Source: an uncultured Alphaproteobacteria bacterium (GTDB taxonomy: Bacteria; Pseudomonadota; Alphaproteobacteria; Rhizobiales; Xanthobacteraceae). Taken from it: DNA of 64,000 bases. Below are positions 1 to 9,849 of the stretch, piece by piece. The notes under the pieces were generated by a model. The model saw only the letters and a program-made list of their open reading frames with translations. It was not told the DNA's origin and did not search any database. Numbering within the stretch: position 1 is the first letter of the stretch; each line of letters starts with the position of its first letter. The DNA is taken from contig CAWIID010000005.1 in the NCBI GenBank assembly GCA_963836055.1, positions 17,042 through 81,041 of the forward strand, read 5' to 3'. Position numbers and translations under genes: made by a program.

Positions 1-515
1 TGTGAGCCCCAGGCAATGACGGTGTCCGAACCGGTCTCCCACCAAGCATCGCCCGGATTAAGATCACGGGCCAACTCGATATCCTGCTGAACGTTGAAAG
101 CCCCTTCCAGCAGACAACGGATTCCCGGTCCAGGGTGCTGGTGACGGTCGGCGATGCGGCCCGGCGCACTGATGATCTGATCGAGCCGGAAAAGCCACTG
201 TGTGCCTTCCGGCATGGCAAGGCTGGTAATCACGCGAGACATCCGCAGGCTGGACAAGACAGCGGCGCCTTCATGCAGCAGCGGCGGTGCGTTCGGCGAC
301 GCAAGCTCCCAGCGCCAGACTTGGCTCCAATCGCCGGCGGATTTCATGGCGACAAGACCGTCGCAATAGATCGCCTCATCCGCGATCATTGTCCGGCCGT
401 TAATCTCAACGCGCCCGAATCTCACGTAAAGAAGCCGATGCGCCGGCTCCAGTCCGGACGCCGCAGAACCGCTTGCGCCGATTTGATCGTGATAGAAATT
501 CAGTGCGAGTGGCAT
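1..515 (-). CDS. cupin domain protein, 3' end cut by window edge (not in the supplied ORF track)
   Basis: Manual minus-strand translation from ATG (515-513) gives MPLALNFYHDQIGASG...RIADRHQHPGPGIRCLLEGAFNVQQD...GDAWWETGSDTVIAW, open to position 1. It carries a cupin-like HxH...G...LxG motif. Confidence 0.55.
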   Translation of the reverse strand, partial: MPLALNFYHDQIGASGSAASGLEPAHRLLYVRFGRVEINGRTMIADEAIYCDGLVAMKSAGDWSQVWRWELASPNAPPLLHEGAAVLSSLRMSRVITSLAMPEGTQWLFRLDQIISAPGRIADRHQHPGPGIRCLLEGAFNVQQDIELARDLNPGDAWWETGSDTVIAWGS

Positions 516-599
516 CGAGAAAGTCTATTCCAATTTGAGCGACAGCGACAATGTCGACAGGTGCGAAGGCTTGCGTCGATTCAGGGAACAGGAAACACC

Positions 600-1350
600 A
601 TGGCTGAAGATCCTCGGGTGGCGGATATTGTGCAAGCCGGCAGACTTCGCGTCGCGGTGTTCTTGCCGCAGTACACTAAGGATTCGGCGACCGGTGTATT
701 GCGCGGCATTGGGATGGGATTTGTGGCCATCGAAATGGGTCGCGCGCTCGCGGCGCGTCTCGGGGTCGAACTGCTCCTGGTCGAGAACCCCACTCCGCTC
801 AAGGCCGCGGAAGGCCTCAAGACGGGCGCTGTGCGACATGGCATGTCTCGGAATCGACCCATCCCGGACCGCCGAACTGGATTTCTCGCCCCCGGTTGTC
901 CAATTTGACTACACCTTTCTGGTGCCGGCCGGCTCTGCAGTCCAAAAGGTGGCTGATGCCGACCGGCCAGGGGTGCGGGTCGCGGTTGTCTCCAATCATG
1001 CATCAACCTTTGCTCTGGGCCGCATCGTCAAGCATGCGGAACTGATCGGCTCCGATCTTCCAGACACCGCATTCGGCCTGCTCTGCACCGGAAAAGCCGA
1101 CATCTTCGCGGCACCCCGCGAGCAGCTTCTCGACTATTCGATCCAATTGCCCGGCTCGCAGGTGCTGGAGGGCAGTTATGGAATCAACAACGCCGGGATT
1201 GCAATCAGGAAGGGCCAGCCGGGCCGGCGAGACTACATCCGCGAATTTGTCGAGAACGCCAAGGCGACGGAACTCATTCAGGGCATCATCGACCGCGGCA
1301 AATTGCGCGGCTTCCGCGTGGCGCCTCGCGACAGCGCCGAAGTTCAATAG
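600..1350 (+). pseudogene. family-3 (amino-acid type) ABC transporter substrate-binding protein, frame-disrupted near 830
   Basis: The N-terminal half (MAEDPRVADIVQAGRLRVAVFLPQYTKD...LKTGA) lies in the frame of ORF 135..908. The C-terminal half (CDMACLGIDPSRTAELDFSPPVVQFDYTFLVPAGS...) lies in ORF 535..1350. The two halves join as one SBP_bac_3-like protein only if a 1-nt shift is allowed at about 830-832. Confidence 0.7.
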
Positions 1351-1448
1351 CGCGTTCCGGGTTCTCAGCGAGGGCTGTTTGTCACCTTGACGGCGGAGCA
1401 TCGGCCGTTATTTCGCAGACCGCGCGATGGCTGCCGCCGATCTGCCGT

Positions 1449-1562
1449 TCAATACCCGGTATCGATCTTTTCATCCGGCATGTGAGTCTCGTGCCAGACT
1501 GCATTGAGGATGCCGCAACCGCAGGCGAAACCGACGCCGAGAACCCAAGTAAAGTACCACAT
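1449..1562 (-). CDS. cydX: cytochrome bd oxidase small subunit CydX (37 aa; below the ORF-track size cutoff)
   Basis: Manual translation gives MWYFTWVLGVGFACGCGILNAVWHETHMPDEKIDTGY*. The MWYF(A/T)W start matches the CydX family. A GAGG lies 8 nt upstream, and the ORF starts 10 nt after the cydB stop. Confidence 0.8.
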   Translation of the reverse strand: MWYFTWVLGVGFACGCGILNAVWHETHMPDEKIDTGY

Positions 1563-1571
1563 CGCGCGACC

Positions 1572-2723
1572 TCAATAGAGACTGGAGGAATTTTTCTCGA
1601 TCAGGCTCGCCGTGACCGTCCCGCGCAACGCCCGGAACACGATGGCGGTGTAGATGAGGACGATTGGAAGAAACATCAGGGTCACCACCAGCATCACGAA
1701 TAAGGTAAGACGGCTCGACGACGCATCCCATACCGTCAAGCTCGCTCCGGGCTCGATATCCGACGGCATGAGAAACGGAAACATGCTGACGCCGGCAGTG
1801 GCGATGATGCCGAATATGCCGAGCGCACTGGCGATGAACGCCAATCCGCGCCAGCGGGCCATGGTCAAGAGGAGCGCAAGCAGCGGGCCGACAAAGCCAA
1901 GCACAGGCGCAACGATCGTCCAATGACACGCACCGTAATTGGCGAGCCATTGGCCGGGCTGGCGAACCACGGTTTTCAAAAGAGGGTTGGACGGGCCTTC
2001 GGGAGCAATGGCGCTGGTGATGGCGTATCCGTCAATCCCACGCCAAACCCAAAGGCCCGCCAAGGCAAACAACACAATCGTCGTCATGGCGCCAAGTTTC
2101 GCGACGTTCGCCGCGCGTACCTGAACGTTGCCGTCGGTCTTGAGCGCAAGATAAATGGCGCCATGGGTGACAAGCATCGCAGCGGAGATCACGCCGCACA
2201 ACAAGCCAAACGGATTGAGCAGTTCGAACAATCCACCACCCTCGTAGAGAATGCGCAGGTCGCTATCGATCCGGAAGGGAACCCCCTGCAGCAGATTGCC
2301 GAACGCCACCCCAAACACCACGCTCGGCACAAGTCCGCCTGCGAACAACGCATAGTCCCAGAACATGCGCCAACGTGGATCGATGAATTTGTTGCGGAAT
2401 TCGAAACCGACCGGCCGCAAAATGAGCGTTGCGAGCACGAGAAACATCGCAATGTAAAAGCCCGAAAACGACGCCGCGTAGACCGGCGGCCACGCCGCGA
2501 ACACCGCGCCGCCGCCGAGAATGAGCCACACCTGATTGCCGTCCCAAAACGGTCCGATGGCGTTGATCGTGACGCGGCGCTCGGAATCATTGCGCGCCAC
2601 AAAGGGCAACAGCATTGCGACGCCTAGATCGAACCCATCCATAATGGCAAAGCCGATCAGCAGCACGCCGAGAAACAGCCACCAGAGGAGACGCAGGATT
2701 TCGTAGTCGAGCGGAATCGTCAT
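1572..2723 (-). CDS. cydB: cytochrome bd ubiquinol oxidase subunit II
   Basis: 383-aa polytopic membrane protein located immediately downstream of cydA. The N-terminus LWWLFLGVLLIGFAIMDGFDLG is typical of CydB. Confidence 0.93.
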   Translation of the reverse strand: MTIPLDYEILRLLWWLFLGVLLIGFAIMDGFDLGVAMLLPFVARNDSERRVTINAIGPFWDGNQVWLILGGGAVFAAWPPVYAASFSGFYIAMFLVLATLILRPVGFEFRNKFIDPRWRMFWDYALFAGGLVPSVVFGVAFGNLLQGVPFRIDSDLRILYEGGGLFELLNPFGLLCGVISAAMLVTHGAIYLALKTDGNVQVRAANVAKLGAMTTIVLFALAGLWVWRGIDGYAITSAIAPEGPSNPLLKTVVRQPGQWLANYGACHWTIVAPVLGFVGPLLALLLTMARWRGLAFIASALGIFGIIATAGVSMFPFLMPSDIEPGASLTVWDASSSRLTLFVMLVVTLMFLPIVLIYTAIVFRALRGTVTASLIEKNSSSLY

Positions 2724-2732
2724 GATTGACCC

Positions 2733-4304
2733 CTACTCCGCCGGCATCGCCGAAGGTCGCAGTGCCGGCGCCGCAAGACCCAAGGCCTCTACCGGCCCCA
2801 TGAGGATGTATTTGCGCATCAGGACGATGTCGACGACGAGAAGCGACGAATAGAGCAGAACGAAGCCCGCCAAAGTGAACAGAACCTGTGCGGCGGACAC
2901 TGAGGAGGCGGCGAGAAATGTCGGCAGAACTCCATCGATTGACCAAGGCTGCCGTCCGTTTTCGGCAACGATCCAGCCGAGCTCGGCCGCGATCCATGGC
3001 AGCGGCAAGGACCAGAGCATCAGATGCAACAGCCAGCGCCGGCTAAATCTGCGATGCGACGTATCCCAAAATATCACCGCAAACAAAGCGATGAAGTAGA
3101 ACCCCAGTCCCACCATGATCCGGAAGCTCCAGAACAAGGTGCCGATGTTGGGAACGGTGTCTGAGGCGGCTTTAGCGATGGTCGCATCGTCGGCCTTGCG
3201 TGGGTCGGCGACGTAGCGCTTGAGCAGCAGCGCGTATCCCAGATCGGCGGCATGGTCACGAAGCTCCGCCGCCGCCTGGCTGTCGTTGCGATTGGTCTTG
3301 AAGCGCTCGAGCGCATCGTAGGCGATCAGACCATTGCGGATTCGCCCTTGCGCACGCGCCACGAGATCATCGATTCCCGGTATCTGTTCGTTAAACGAGC
3401 GCGTCGCAATGATTCCGAGGACCCACGGTATCTTAATGTTGTAGTCGATCGTGCGGCGTGCGGAATCGGGAATTCCGAAAAGATTGAACCCCGCCGGCGC
3501 CGGCTCGGTTTGCCACATGCCCTCGATGGCGGCGAGTTTCATTTTTTGGTTTTCGGAAACAGTGTAACCGCTCTCGTCGCCGAGCACGACCACACATAGC
3601 GCGGACGCCAGTCCGAACGCCGACGCCACGATGATCGATCTCTTGGCGAAAGCCTGGTGACGGCCCGAGAGCAAATAGTACGCCGAGATCGCAACGACGA
3701 ACATCGAGCCCGTAACGTAACCGGCACCTACGGTGTGGACGAACTTCGCCTGGGCGACCGGATTGAAGATCAGATCCCAGAACGACGTGAGCTCCATGCG
3801 CATGGTGTCCGGGTTGAAGACGGCACCCACCGGATGCTGCATCCACCCGTTTGCGATCAGAATCCACAACGCCGAGAGGTTCGAGCCGAGCGCCACCAGC
3901 CACGTCACCGCGAGATGGCCGAGTTTCGGTAATCGGTCCCAACCGAAAAAATACAGGCCGACGAAAGTCAATTCGAGGAAGAACGCCATCAGGCCTTCAA
4001 TGGCAAGCGGCGCGCCGAATATGTCTCCGACATAGTGCGAGTAGTAGGCCCAGTTGGTGCCGAACTGAAATTCCATGGTGATGCCGGTCGCCACCCCCAT
4101 GGCAAAATTGATTCCGAACAGCTTGCCCCAAAACCTTGCCGTATCGCGCCAGATTTCCCGGCCCGTCATCACGTAAGTGCTTTCCATGATGGCAAGCAGG
4201 AAGGAAAGCCCGAGTGTCAGAGGAACGAATAGAAAATGATAGAGCGCCGTCGTGGCAAATTGCAGTCGCGCAAGACTGACGGGATCGAGATGCAGCATCG
4301 TCAA
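2733..4304 (-). CDS. cydA: cytochrome bd ubiquinol oxidase subunit I
   Basis: 523 aa. It has the LSRLQFA.T..YHFLFVPLTLG N-terminal motif, a Q-loop region and a GWIVAENGRQPW motif. Confidence 0.95.
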   Translation of the reverse strand: MTMLHLDPVSLARLQFATTALYHFLFVPLTLGLSFLLAIMESTYVMTGREIWRDTARFWGKLFGINFAMGVATGITMEFQFGTNWAYYSHYVGDIFGAPLAIEGLMAFFLELTFVGLYFFGWDRLPKLGHLAVTWLVALGSNLSALWILIANGWMQHPVGAVFNPDTMRMELTSFWDLIFNPVAQAKFVHTVGAGYVTGSMFVVAISAYYLLSGRHQAFAKRSIIVASAFGLASALCVVVLGDESGYTVSENQKMKLAAIEGMWQTEPAPAGFNLFGIPDSARRTIDYNIKIPWVLGIIATRSFNEQIPGIDDLVARAQGRIRNGLIAYDALERFKTNRNDSQAAAELRDHAADLGYALLLKRYVADPRKADDATIAKAASDTVPNIGTLFWSFRIMVGLGFYFIALFAVIFWDTSHRRFSRRWLLHLMLWSLPLPWIAAELGWIVAENGRQPWSIDGVLPTFLAASSVSAAQVLFTLAGFVLLYSSLLVVDIVLMRKYILMGPVEALGLAAPALRPSAMPAE

Positions 4305-4316
4305 TGTCCTCGCTCG

Positions 4317-4553
4317 CTAGCGCGGCGTGGTCGATGGGCCGATAACACGCTCTATCGTCGTTGCGTCGACGGACGGCGTGGCGCTGTCGGGAAACAGAAG
4401 AACTTTAATGCCCGCGATTCCGATCAGCTTGATGACAAGGACCAACACGATCGCCTTCGCAAGCGGCGTCGGAGGCCTGACGCCGGCGGCAAAAAACGCG
4501 GACAGCGACGACAAAATCGCCTTTACCGGATGATCCTGGTCAGGGGGCCTCAT
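4317..4553 (-). CDS. DUF4492-like small membrane protein preceding cydA
   Basis: From the internal ATG: MRPPDQDHPVKAILSSLSAFFAAG...AIVLVLVIKLIGIAGIKVLLFPD. It has a single hydrophobic helix ending in FFP/LFPD, as in DUF4492 proteins found 5' of cydAB. Confidence 0.6.
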   Translation of the reverse strand: MRPPDQDHPVKAILSSLSAFFAAGVRPPTPLAKAIVLVLVIKLIGIAGIKVLLFPDSATPSVDATTIERVIGPSTTPR

Positions 4554-4695
4554 GCGAGAGTTCCGTTTAGCCGACCCCTGAAAATCGTGCACGTTTCGAG
4601 CCGCACCAACAATGGGACGCAAGGCCACAGCGGCTTGCGGCCTCGGAACCTCAACCCCGTTCCGAATCCCGCCGGCGCGCGCGAATGAGAAAGCG

Positions 4696-6045
4696 CTAAA
4701 GCTGCGTCGTCGCCGGGATAGCCGGACCGCCGAGACCGTCGCGGCTATAGATATCTTCGCGGAACTGTACGACGCCGTCGGTCGCCGACCACGCGGTCAC
4801 ATACACCCAGTGCAGCGGCACCGGTTTGACCAAGCGGGCATTCTTTTGTTCGCCCGACTTGATCACCCGATCGATTTCGTCGCGCGACCAACCTTTCGTT
4901 TCGTCGAGCAGCCACAAGACCAACTCGCGCACGTTCTGCACCCGCATGCAGCCGGAGGAGTGAAATCGGAAATCGTCGCCGAACAGATTTTTCAGCGGCG
5001 TATCGTGCATGTAGACGCCGTAGGCGCTCGGAAAATTGATGCGGATCGAGCCGAGCGAATTGAGACTGCCGGGATCCTGCTTGAATGTGTAATTGGTCGC
5101 CTCCTCGGAGTACCAGTTGATCTGCGAGGGCTGCAGTTCAACGTGCTTGGCATCGAGAATGCGGATGTGATTCTTGGTAAGGTAATCCGGCTCGTCCTGC
5201 ATTTTCGGGATCAGATCCTTGCGCACGATCGATGCAGGCACGGTCCAGTATGGATTGAAATTGATCTCGACGATCTTGCTGTTGATGTCGGGCGAGGCCC
5301 GGTCGGGCTTACCGGCGACCGCCGTGTGGCGCGATACCACGACATCGTTCTGGATCGCCTCCACGCGCGCCGCGGGGATGTTGGCAACCACGTAACGCGG
5401 CCCGAGATTGGTGCTTAGCGTTTTGAGCCGGGTGATATTGACCTTCAACTGGTCGCGGCGCGTCGCCGCCGGAACGTTCATGGCGAGCAGTGTCGCCTGG
5501 CGAACGACGCCGTCCACGGCAAGCCCGTGGCGCGCCTGAAACCGCCGCACCGCCTCTTCGACATAGGAATCGTAAATATCGTTGCCGACCGCGCTCGCAT
5601 CGATATCGCCCGAGACCGAAAGCCGCGACCGCAGATCGACCACGCTGGGGTGGCGCATGCCAAGCCGCAGCTCGTCCACTTGGGGCACGCGCGGCCAGCC
5701 GCCGCGCGCCACAATGCCGTCATACGTCACGATCGCGTGCTCGGTCGTCTCCGCGGTTGACGGAGAAAGCGTCGGCGCTGACGCCTTCGGCATATGGATG
5801 TTGCGGGAAGCCTGGTCGAAGTCCTGGCCAAAGCGGCCATGCTGGTTATCGCCGATCAACGCATCGACGGCGGCATCCTCCGCGTCGGCCCGGCGGGCAA
5901 AGACGCCGGTCATCGCGGCTGCGCCGGCGAAGTGCTTGAGAAGGGAGCGCCGATCGACGCCTGTTCGGATCATGCTTATCCGGCGGCCATCGGGTCCGCG
6001 CTTGCCGACTGTCATAACGTTGTCCCTGACGCTATCCCCTGCCAA
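4696..6045 (-). CDS. L,D-transpeptidase (YkuD domain with peptidoglycan-binding domain), Tat-type signal
   Basis: It has an RRSLLKHFAGAAAMTGVFA twin-arginine leader, a PG_binding_1-like segment (YDSYVEEAVRRFQARHGLAVDGVV) and the YkuD catalytic motif HDTP...FGDDFRFHSSGCMRV. The true start may be the ATG at 5973. Confidence 0.88.
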   Translation of the reverse strand: MAGDSVRDNVMTVGKRGPDGRRISMIRTGVDRRSLLKHFAGAAAMTGVFARRADAEDAAVDALIGDNQHGRFGQDFDQASRNIHMPKASAPTLSPSTAETTEHAIVTYDGIVARGGWPRVPQVDELRLGMRHPSVVDLRSRLSVSGDIDASAVGNDIYDSYVEEAVRRFQARHGLAVDGVVRQATLLAMNVPAATRRDQLKVNITRLKTLSTNLGPRYVVANIPAARVEAIQNDVVVSRHTAVAGKPDRASPDINSKIVEINFNPYWTVPASIVRKDLIPKMQDEPDYLTKNHIRILDAKHVELQPSQINWYSEEATNYTFKQDPGSLNSLGSIRINFPSAYGVYMHDTPLKNLFGDDFRFHSSGCMRVQNVRELVLWLLDETKGWSRDEIDRVIKSGEQKNARLVKPVPLHWVYVTAWSATDGVVQFREDIYSRDGLGGPAIPATTQL

Positions 6046-6203
6046 AGTCGAGGCACCAAGCCCCTCCCCGGTCGGCGCCGCCCCCCATGCCCCGATGCTT
6101 ATAGCTATAGCCTGCGGTCGGCAAATTTGTGGCCGCGAGCGCCGCTACATTAGCTGAGCCCAGCAACGACGGAAATACCTACGTGGAGCCAGCCAAGGGC
6201 AGC

Positions 6204-7085
6204 CTACGTCACGAAAAACGTCTCGACCGGCGCATTCTTTCGCAAGCGGCCGACGTCGACGAACATATCCATCTCACGTTGGGCCAGCGCCCGTTCCTGC
6301 TCCGTAAATGTAAACGTGTAGCGTGGGTATTGCGCCGAATTCATCAGCGCCTCACGGTCGCCGCCATAGGCGGCCATGAAGACGTCGGCGACCTCATCAA
6401 GATTGCGTTCGCTGTAAGCGAATGAGTCCCGCAGTGCCTGAAGAAGCGTTTCGCGGATCATCGGATTACTCCTGATCAGCGTTTCGCTTGCCGCGACCAT
6501 GTGTTTGATCATTTCGTCAAATCCGGTCAGCAGCTTCCACGCGTCGCCGTCCGTATAGAGGCACGACGTATCGTCGGCCTGTTCGCCGTGAAAGAAGAAC
6601 TGGTCGAGCAGCACGACGGCGTCGGCTTCGCCGCGGCGCAGCACTCCGAGCAGGGTCTCTTGCGGGCTTGCCCGCCATTCCAACCCGCCGGTGTCGACCT
6701 TGTAGGCATTCCTGAGCAGATATTGGTGAATGGCATGCCGACCTTGGTGCGTCGCGATCCGGCGACCCTCGAGTTGCTTCGGATGGTCGAAACCCGCGCC
6801 GCGCCGAACGAACAGTCCGTTGCCCTTGCGCGTCGATTTCCACTCCGTGCAGAGCCCAATGATCGGGGCGCCATCAAGCCGGCGCTCAAGGAAATTCGGC
6901 AGATAAATGTTGGCAAGGTCGACGTCGCCGCGGATCAGCGCGTCCTCGAGTTCCCGGCTCGGCGGATCAGGTACCTCCACCACCGTAAACGCGAGACCAT
7001 CGGCTTTCACAAGTCCCGCGCCCAGCGCGTAATAGGTCCGAAACATCGAAAAACGATTGCGGTAATGCGCAAGGCGCAGCTTCAT
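6204..7085 (-). CDS. periplasmic-binding-protein-fold protein (NMT1/SsuA-like), no obvious signal peptide
   Basis: About 293 aa starting at MKLRLAHY. The overall pattern (GDVDLANIYLPNFL..., EADAVVLLDQFF) resembles NMT1/THI5-like binding proteins. The family call is tentative. Confidence 0.5.
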   Translation of the reverse strand: MKLRLAHYRNRFSMFRTYYALGAGLVKADGLAFTVVEVPDPPSRELEDALIRGDVDLANIYLPNFLERRLDGAPIIGLCTEWKSTRKGNGLFVRRGAGFDHPKQLEGRRIATHQGRHAIHQYLLRNAYKVDTGGLEWRASPQETLLGVLRRGEADAVVLLDQFFFHGEQADDTSCLYTDGDAWKLLTGFDEMIKHMVAASETLIRSNPMIRETLLQALRDSFAYSERNLDEVADVFMAAYGGDREALMNSAQYPRYTFTFTEQERALAQREMDMFVDVGRLRKNAPVETFFVT

Positions 7086-7277
7086 GAAATCCCCGTGCTC
7101 CAGCGTCGGCGGCAAATCTATGGCACGACACTGCAACGAGACTACAGAAATCTCACAATCAGCTTTTGCGGCCCTCGAAAGGTCGCACGCAAAGCCGAAT
7201 CAAAAAGACCCCGGCATTCACGCCGGGGTTGCGAGTTGCGCCAGTACAGCGGAATCTCTGGCGTTCTATCCAGACTA

Positions 7278-7790
7278 TTACAGGCGATAGAGAATCTGAT
7301 CGGTCCAGAACCGTTCAAGCCGATGCAGCGCCTTGTTCAGGACGCTGAACTCCTCGGCGTTGATGCCGCCGACCTGCTCAACCGTTCGGACGTGCTTCTG
7401 GTAGAGCGTGTCGACGGTGTCCCGTACCTCGCGACCCTTCTCAGTGAGCTTGATGCGGACCGAGCGGCGATCGACGCGCGAGCGCTGGTGATCGAGGAAT
7501 CCCATCTCGACAAGCTTCTTGAGATTGTAGGAGACGTTTGAGCCGAGATAGTAGCCGCGCGTGCGCAGTTCGCCGGCGGTCAGTTCCTTATCGCCGATAT
7601 TATAGAGCAGAAGTGCCTGTACCGAATTGATGTCGGCGCGGCCGCGGCGGTCGAATTCGTCCTTGATGACGTCCAGCAAACGCCGGTGGAGACGCTCGAC
7701 CAAGGTCAGCGCCTCCAGGTAGTGCGGTCGGATATGGTCGAAACGCGCCTCACGATCGGCGGGCTCGACCGCCTTTACGACGGCTTTCAT
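7278..7790 (-). CDS. MarR-family transcriptional regulator (LdtR-like)
   Basis: Starts at MKAVVKAVEP. It has a winged-helix core (SVQALLLYNIGDKELTAGELRTRGYYLGSNVSYNLKKLVEMGFLDHQRSRVDRRSVRIKLTEKG). Confidence 0.85.
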   Translation of the reverse strand: MKAVVKAVEPADREARFDHIRPHYLEALTLVERLHRRLLDVIKDEFDRRGRADINSVQALLLYNIGDKELTAGELRTRGYYLGSNVSYNLKKLVEMGFLDHQRSRVDRRSVRIKLTEKGREVRDTVDTLYQKHVRTVEQVGGINAEEFSVLNKALHRLERFWTDQILYRL

Positions 7791-8093
7791 GTTGACGCCT
7801 TTCCCAAGTCTATTTTGTTTATCGTGGACGGGCCCTGTTTCCCGTCGCATTGGCGCCACACTATCGGCCAGGGTCTAAGATCAGTTTAAATAACACACTA
7901 AAAATAAGGTTTATTCGTCGCTCAGAGGGACCGATTGAGCGTAAACTTGTGACGGATTTTGGGGGTATTCGTTCACTATGCCGGGGCTGCTGTCACGGTG
8001 CCCTCACGCCGGCCCGCCACCGCGTTCGCTCGCTCAAACTCCTTCCTCCTTCGCCGGTCGTAACGCCGAGCAAGTAACTGGAGGGTGAGCGAC

Positions 8094-9245
8094 TTAGTTA
8101 ACGTTCCCAGCATCGGAGCCCCAATTGTTTTGAATAGCATATTCCAGTGTGCGTTCCAGAAAGCCGCGATCGACGGCAGGTGGCAATCGAAATTTCGTCC
8201 CAAAATCGCGGGACGCGCCCTCCATCTCGAAATCCGGATCGGTCAGGCAATATGGCGCGAACGCGTCATGAATAGCGTCGATACGGCGCTGAATACCCTT
8301 GACGAGCAGCGATTGCGTCCGGACAGCCCGCTCCTTTTGCCCCTGTGATTCACAAGCCGATACGCCGCTGACTTTCAAATAGGCAAGTGACCAGAATAAG
8401 CAGTCGTGCTTTCGCGGCGGATTGGGATGAACCAGATTGTACGTTTGGTTGCGTGACGACACATCGATCGCCGCGACGATCATGTCAGCGACCCAATCGA
8501 TTGGGATGTAATTGATGCGTTGATCGGCGAGGAGGACCGCGAGCGGCAAACGCACGAAGCCACCTTCACCGACGGTAACGTCAGGCGGGAGCGCATTACG
8601 GTTACGCCGCCGCAGGCTTTCGGCCGCTCGATGAATTGGCTCAAGATATCGATAGTAGCCGTCAAACGTGGAAGTTGTCCCATCTTCCGCTCCGATGAGA
8701 GAGCTTGGCCGCAATATCGTAAAATTCCAGTCTGGGCGGGTGGCCGCCCAGGCGCGAACCATTGTTTCTCCAATAAACTTCGATTCTTCGTACGCATTAC
8801 GCCATTGTTGACCGTTCGAAATGCCGCGTTCAGGAAGGAATGACCCGTCGCCCACAACATAGGCGGTTGAAACATGAAGCAAGTGTGATGTTGCGAGAAT
8901 ATCTGTTAGTTCCAAGACATGCCGCAGCCCGGCGATATTGGTAAGTTGCGTCGCCGCCTTGTCCTGGAAATTGATCGAGGCAGCGCAATGCAGAATATGC
9001 TTGACGCGTCCGACTAGGAACTCAGCGTCCACATCACTGATACCGCACCGCGGCTCGGTCACGTCGCCGACGATCGTCCTTACATTTGCGCGGTCGCCAA
9101 TGATCGCTTCAATGCGCGCGCTTGCCGTGTCCCGGTTTGTCGGCCTGACGAGGCAAATTACGTCATATCCTTCTTTGGAGAGTCGCTGAAGAAGAGCCGA
9201 GCCGAGGGCGCCCGTTGCCCCGGTCAATAGAATGGAACTTTTCAC
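8094..9245 (-). CDS. SDR-family NAD(P)-dependent reductase, thioester/fatty-acyl reductase-like (NAD_binding_4 type)
   Basis: It has the Rossmann motif ILLTGATGALGSALL and the HCAASINF and STAYVVG motifs typical of terminal thioester-reductase domains. Confidence 0.8.
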   Translation of the reverse strand: MKSSILLTGATGALGSALLQRLSKEGYDVICLVRPTNRDTASARIEAIIGDRANVRTIVGDVTEPRCGISDVDAEFLVGRVKHILHCAASINFQDKAATQLTNIAGLRHVLELTDILATSHLLHVSTAYVVGDGSFLPERGISNGQQWRNAYEESKFIGETMVRAWAATRPDWNFTILRPSSLIGAEDGTTSTFDGYYRYLEPIHRAAESLRRRNRNALPPDVTVGEGGFVRLPLAVLLADQRINYIPIDWVADMIVAAIDVSSRNQTYNLVHPNPPRKHDCLFWSLAYLKVSGVSACESQGQKERAVRTQSLLVKGIQRRIDAIHDAFAPYCLTDPDFEMEGASRDFGTKFRLPPAVDRGFLERTLEYAIQNNWGSDAGNVN

Positions 9246-9586
9246 TCTGCACCCGTGTACCTTCTGAGTTCAAAGCATAGTACCTTGCGATGTGCTTGAT
9301 GCGCCAGGACATGCCTAGGCTGTGGCAGACAAATTTTCCGTCTCTCCAGCGATCTCGCCAGTAGCCGGATTCATGTTGGCAGAGAGAGAACGCACGACAC
9401 CGATTCGTGCACGTGCTGGAGCCATCCGCGACCTCGTCGGTAGTGTAGTGTGGACGCGATTGCCGGTGCTCGGGCACCGGTGAGCGAAAGCAGGCATTGG
9501 GCGCGTTTCGCTTCCGTCCCCTGAAAGCGAAGAACAATAGGGAAGATTCTGGGGCGGCCTCTTTGCAGAGGAATCGAGTTGAGCGG

Positions 9587-9629
9587 CCCGAGAGATAGGT
9601 GACAGATCGTACCGGACACATGGGTAACA
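9587..9629 (-). repeat. intergenic repeat, two tandem units of TGTNACCNATNTNTCNGG (read on the minus strand)
   Basis: The minus strand reads TGTTACCCATGTGTCCGG-TACGATC-TGTCACCTATCTCTCGGG. A related copy lies in inverted orientation at 10420-10470. Confidence 0.6.
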
Positions 9630-9696
9630 CTTTTCGCCTTTGGGCGGGAGCTGTTGATGCCGTGGAAGGAATGTTCGGTCATGGACGAGCGACTGC

Positions 9697-9849
9697 GATT
9701 TGTCGCCCGGGGTCGAAAAACAAATCCTTGACGCCCTGAAAGCTCCAGGGCGCGCCGAGGGCGTACGGAAGATCGCCGCACGGTTTGGCGTTCGCGCAAG
9801 CACTGTTCAACGGATCAAGCGCCCTTTCGCCGAAAGCGTGGCCGCGTGA
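9697..9849 (+). other. resolvase/invertase-type helix-turn-helix remnant (no catalytic domain)
   Basis: A frame open from 9658 encodes ...SPGVEKQILDALKAPGRAEGVRKIAARFGVRASTVQRIKRPFAESVAA*, which matches the C-terminal HTH_7 pattern of serine recombinases. Only a TTG start is available. Confidence 0.35.

Noticed and set aside
135-1350. ORFs 135..908 (+) and 535..1350 (+) treated as two overlapping genes
   Set aside because: They are the two halves of one family-3 binding protein split by a frame shift near 830. The first ~465 nt of ORF 135..908 is the antisense shadow of the minus-strand cupin gene.
1471-1950. 159-aa minus-strand ORF overlapping the end of cydB
   Set aside because: It is Arg/His/Cys-rich and out of frame with cydB, and it swallows the real 37-codon cydX. 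This is typical high-GC shadow ORF composition.
4554-4700. Looked for an FNR/FixK box (TTGAT-N4-ATCAA) upstream of the cytochrome bd operon
   Set aside because: I found no match by eye in the 150 nt upstream, so no claim about oxygen regulation can be made from sequence.
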